From Chara braunii (Eukaryota; Plantae; Charophyceae), in contig BFEA01000008.1 in NCBI GenBank assembly GCA_003427395.1, positions 266,969 through 330,968 on the forward strand: a stretch of 64,000 nt of DNA, read 5' to 3'. Below the pieces are notes generated by a model that was not told the origin of the DNA, did no database searches, and worked only from the letters and a program-made list of their open reading frames with translations. The position numbers were made by a program, and so were the translations under genes. Shown here one piece after another: positions 61,229 to 64,000 of the stretch. The first letter of the stretch is position 1, and every line of letters begins with the position of its first letter.

Positions 61229-62249
61229 TAGGGCTCAGACACTGTTCCTGCAACCGGACAAAAAAATGCCTCCTTGGCTAATCAGCTCACAAAGTAGGGC
61301 ATGCACAGGTGTCAGTCTCTTTTTTCCACTTTTTCATTTCTTTCCTGCACATCCCATCCCCCCAGTCTCCCTCTGCTCTCCGTTTGTCCTGCCTTTTCAT
61401 TGGAGGCTTGAGCAAATGAAGACTGCGAGCTCTACGGATTATAACACATAACGGCTATGTTTTGCTGCTGAGGAAGTGACAGATTACTGCTTGCTTAGAT
61501 AACGAATGGATGAGAAAAAAGTTCAAAAGTTGAAAAAACTAGAATCAGTCTCCCACAACATACAGTACACAAACAGGAAATAATATCAAAGTTTAAGGCA
61601 TCTCTTTTCTAAGTTTTCTTTGTTGAACAAAACCGACTCTGTGACATAACTTTCAAAACGAGGCCGGGGACCCACAACTCTATCACTCTGAAACATACAA
61701 CAGGAATCTATGGACCATTGCTGTCTGCTGTCAGGGGCAAGAGACTGTCTCCATTGGTCCTAGGCAGGGATGATAGGCTGGTCAACGCCATGTCATGAGA
61801 CATGGGGCAGAAATTCTCCAGTAATGCTCTGACATTCGGAACCAGGCTGTGGAAACTCGTCTCCAATTCCCACTGCGAATTGAAAAGGTAAAGAGAAGGA
61901 ACGGAAACCATCTCGAAAGAGGCGGGGAACTAAGGGAGTAGCCACTAAGGTCATTGAACCCGCGATCTGTTGATCAAGAGCTACATACATGTATCGTTCA
62001 GCCGCAAATCAGGTACAGAACCAGGCTGCGGTGGGGTCCTTCGGTAGGGAGGTCATTTTAGTAACACTTCGCCGTGGCTGCTATGGTAGGCCGTCTTTTT
62101 GCGAAAGCTTTGACACAGTAGTATTGGAACCGAAGAGGGTATACTATTTCTGCATTGCGAGCTTGAATCTCTACAGTAGGCTTTCATGAATGTTGATTGG
62201 TCACAAGTTCTCACATCCCTCCTGGATTTGTTTATCTTCAGAAAGAAGA

Positions 62250-63620
62250 CTTTGTGAAGAAAAAACTGAGACATATTCTTTCTGGCACACGCTCACAGCA
62301 TTGGTGTGGGCCATGGCTATTGATGGTTGTTGGATTTGTTCTTAAACGACAAGTACACCGCCAAAATTGTCTGTGTCACCACGCCAGTTAACAACAGGCT
62401 GCGGTCAAGTTGGGCCTACCCGAGGTGGCTGGTCCCAGGGGAGCTTGTAGCCTTGGGCTCAATATTCTGAGTGCACGAGTGTGGCCCGAATGACTGCCAC
62501 CAGCAGGCCTGACCTCCACAACCATTTGCTATTCCAGGGGTGGGACGAATCAAGTGCTGGGAAATGAGGCTCAGGTGGTTGACCGGAAGATATATCTGTG
62601 TGGTCCATCGGGATCATAATTCGTATTGGCTCCTTTTTTGATAGTCCAAAATGTCTAATTTTAATACGCCACTATTGTCTCCTTTTTTGGTAGTCCAAAA
62701 TGTCTAATTTTAATACGCCACATGTGTGGGCGTTTTCTTCCCCACCATGCTTGCAATTTCCAGCACAGTGTTCCGGAGTCAGTGGAGTCACTGGAGTGGA
62801 GTGTCCTGACACTCTGTGCCGGCAGCAGTGGCACGTGCAGGAATTGCAAGTCCGTCAGACGAAGATAAACAAATTATTATGACACTAAGCCACCATCACT
62901 TCCAAAAGTTGCGGCCAGCCATTGCTACAGTGCCGTCACGTTTCCACTTGAACGAATATATGTCAGCGCCCCAGGCCCGTTCATCCCCAGCATGTTGCCT
63001 CACGCATGCGGCTGCAACTTTCGGAAGTACTGGCCTTTTAAGCGACGAGTGTAGCCAGGGGCCATTGTCGCTGTGGACTTACCATCAACATGTGCCTTAC
63101 CATATCGGCGAGGGAGAGGGTCTGACGGAGAGTGCATGGAAATCCCCAATCCTCAGCACCTTCTCTTTCCAGTAGCCCCCGTGGACTGCTAGAGATGGGA
63201 TTGTCCAGCTGGCTTGTCTGGTCTGGATGCCCGGTGGATTCCAGGATGTCGCTGAAACTGTCTGGATCATTGGCATGATTGCATTTCAAACTCGACGAAA
63301 GGTGTTTGTCCAGTGTATAGGTTGTCAGTGCTAAAGCCGCTGCTGCAGTGGCGAAGGCATTGGTAAAATGTCAGCGAATAAGAGGGGCTTACGACGTTGT
63401 TACAACATGTTTAGCCCCGGCAGATGATTTTCAAGCATTTTATTGACTTTGGGGGTTTTGATGGGAAATGGTTGGGGATGGGGAGGGCAATCTAGTGCAA
63501 ATTTGGCATTGACAGCCTTCTTACCAGCAACTTTGCATTCTTTGTTGTGGTCAAATCGAAGTGACATAAGTATGCACTGGAATGGATTCCCATGTGAGCA
63601 GCTCGCCACGGTTTGTCATG
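62250..63620 (-). pseudogene. Possible second piggyBac-like transposase remnant
   Basis: FQCILMSLRFDHN, and ~120 codons later LDNPISS...CTLRQ, resemble the piggyBac RF..I...LRF and DNxxTS...GTxR motifs. Confidence 0.25.
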
Positions 63621-63785
63621 CATTGGACATTCATCATCTAAGCTATCGGGCTTTTCCAGCCAGCAGGTGAATTGATCAGACTGTAATAGCACTCGTATGA
63701 TGATGTCATCATGAAAACGCTTGTTGGACGGTTGCCCGTTCACCTGTCCAGTGTACTAAAGGGCCCACCAAACCCTGAAAGAGAC

Positions 63786-63870
<85 letters not shown>

Positions 63871-63904
63871 CATTTCCATTTTGCACAAGACGAACGTGCA
63901 GGCA

Positions 63905-64000
<96 letters not shown>

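Overview
Gene-poor, repeat-saturated nuclear DNA from a draft (N-gapped, mate-pair) assembly of a green plant. A streptophyte alga such as Chara is my inference, from a plastid psbC insert, a mitochondrial trnP-sdh3 insert, a plant-type U6 and dense GA/CA microsatellites. I can support no intact host protein-coding gene. The window holds nested TEs: a decayed L1/Tx1-type LINE with a second LINE 3' end inserted into it, a 2.7-kb solo LTR plus a relative sharing an unknown ORF, a TIR-bounded piggyBac-like remnant, a MULE transposase remnant, and many MITEs (Harbinger-, pogo/Tc2-, Mutator- and TTAA-type). It also holds a U6 retropseudogene and a Nextera adapter artefact. The standout is a family of ~3-kb non-autonomous poly(A) retroposons (3 long copies + 1 truncated; one copy has a perfect 17-bp TSD). 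They carry arrays of ~21 copies in total of a covarying three-way-junction RNA motif resembling the SRP (7SL) Alu domain, joined to interchangeable LINE-derived 3' tails. All alignments and folds were done by eye.
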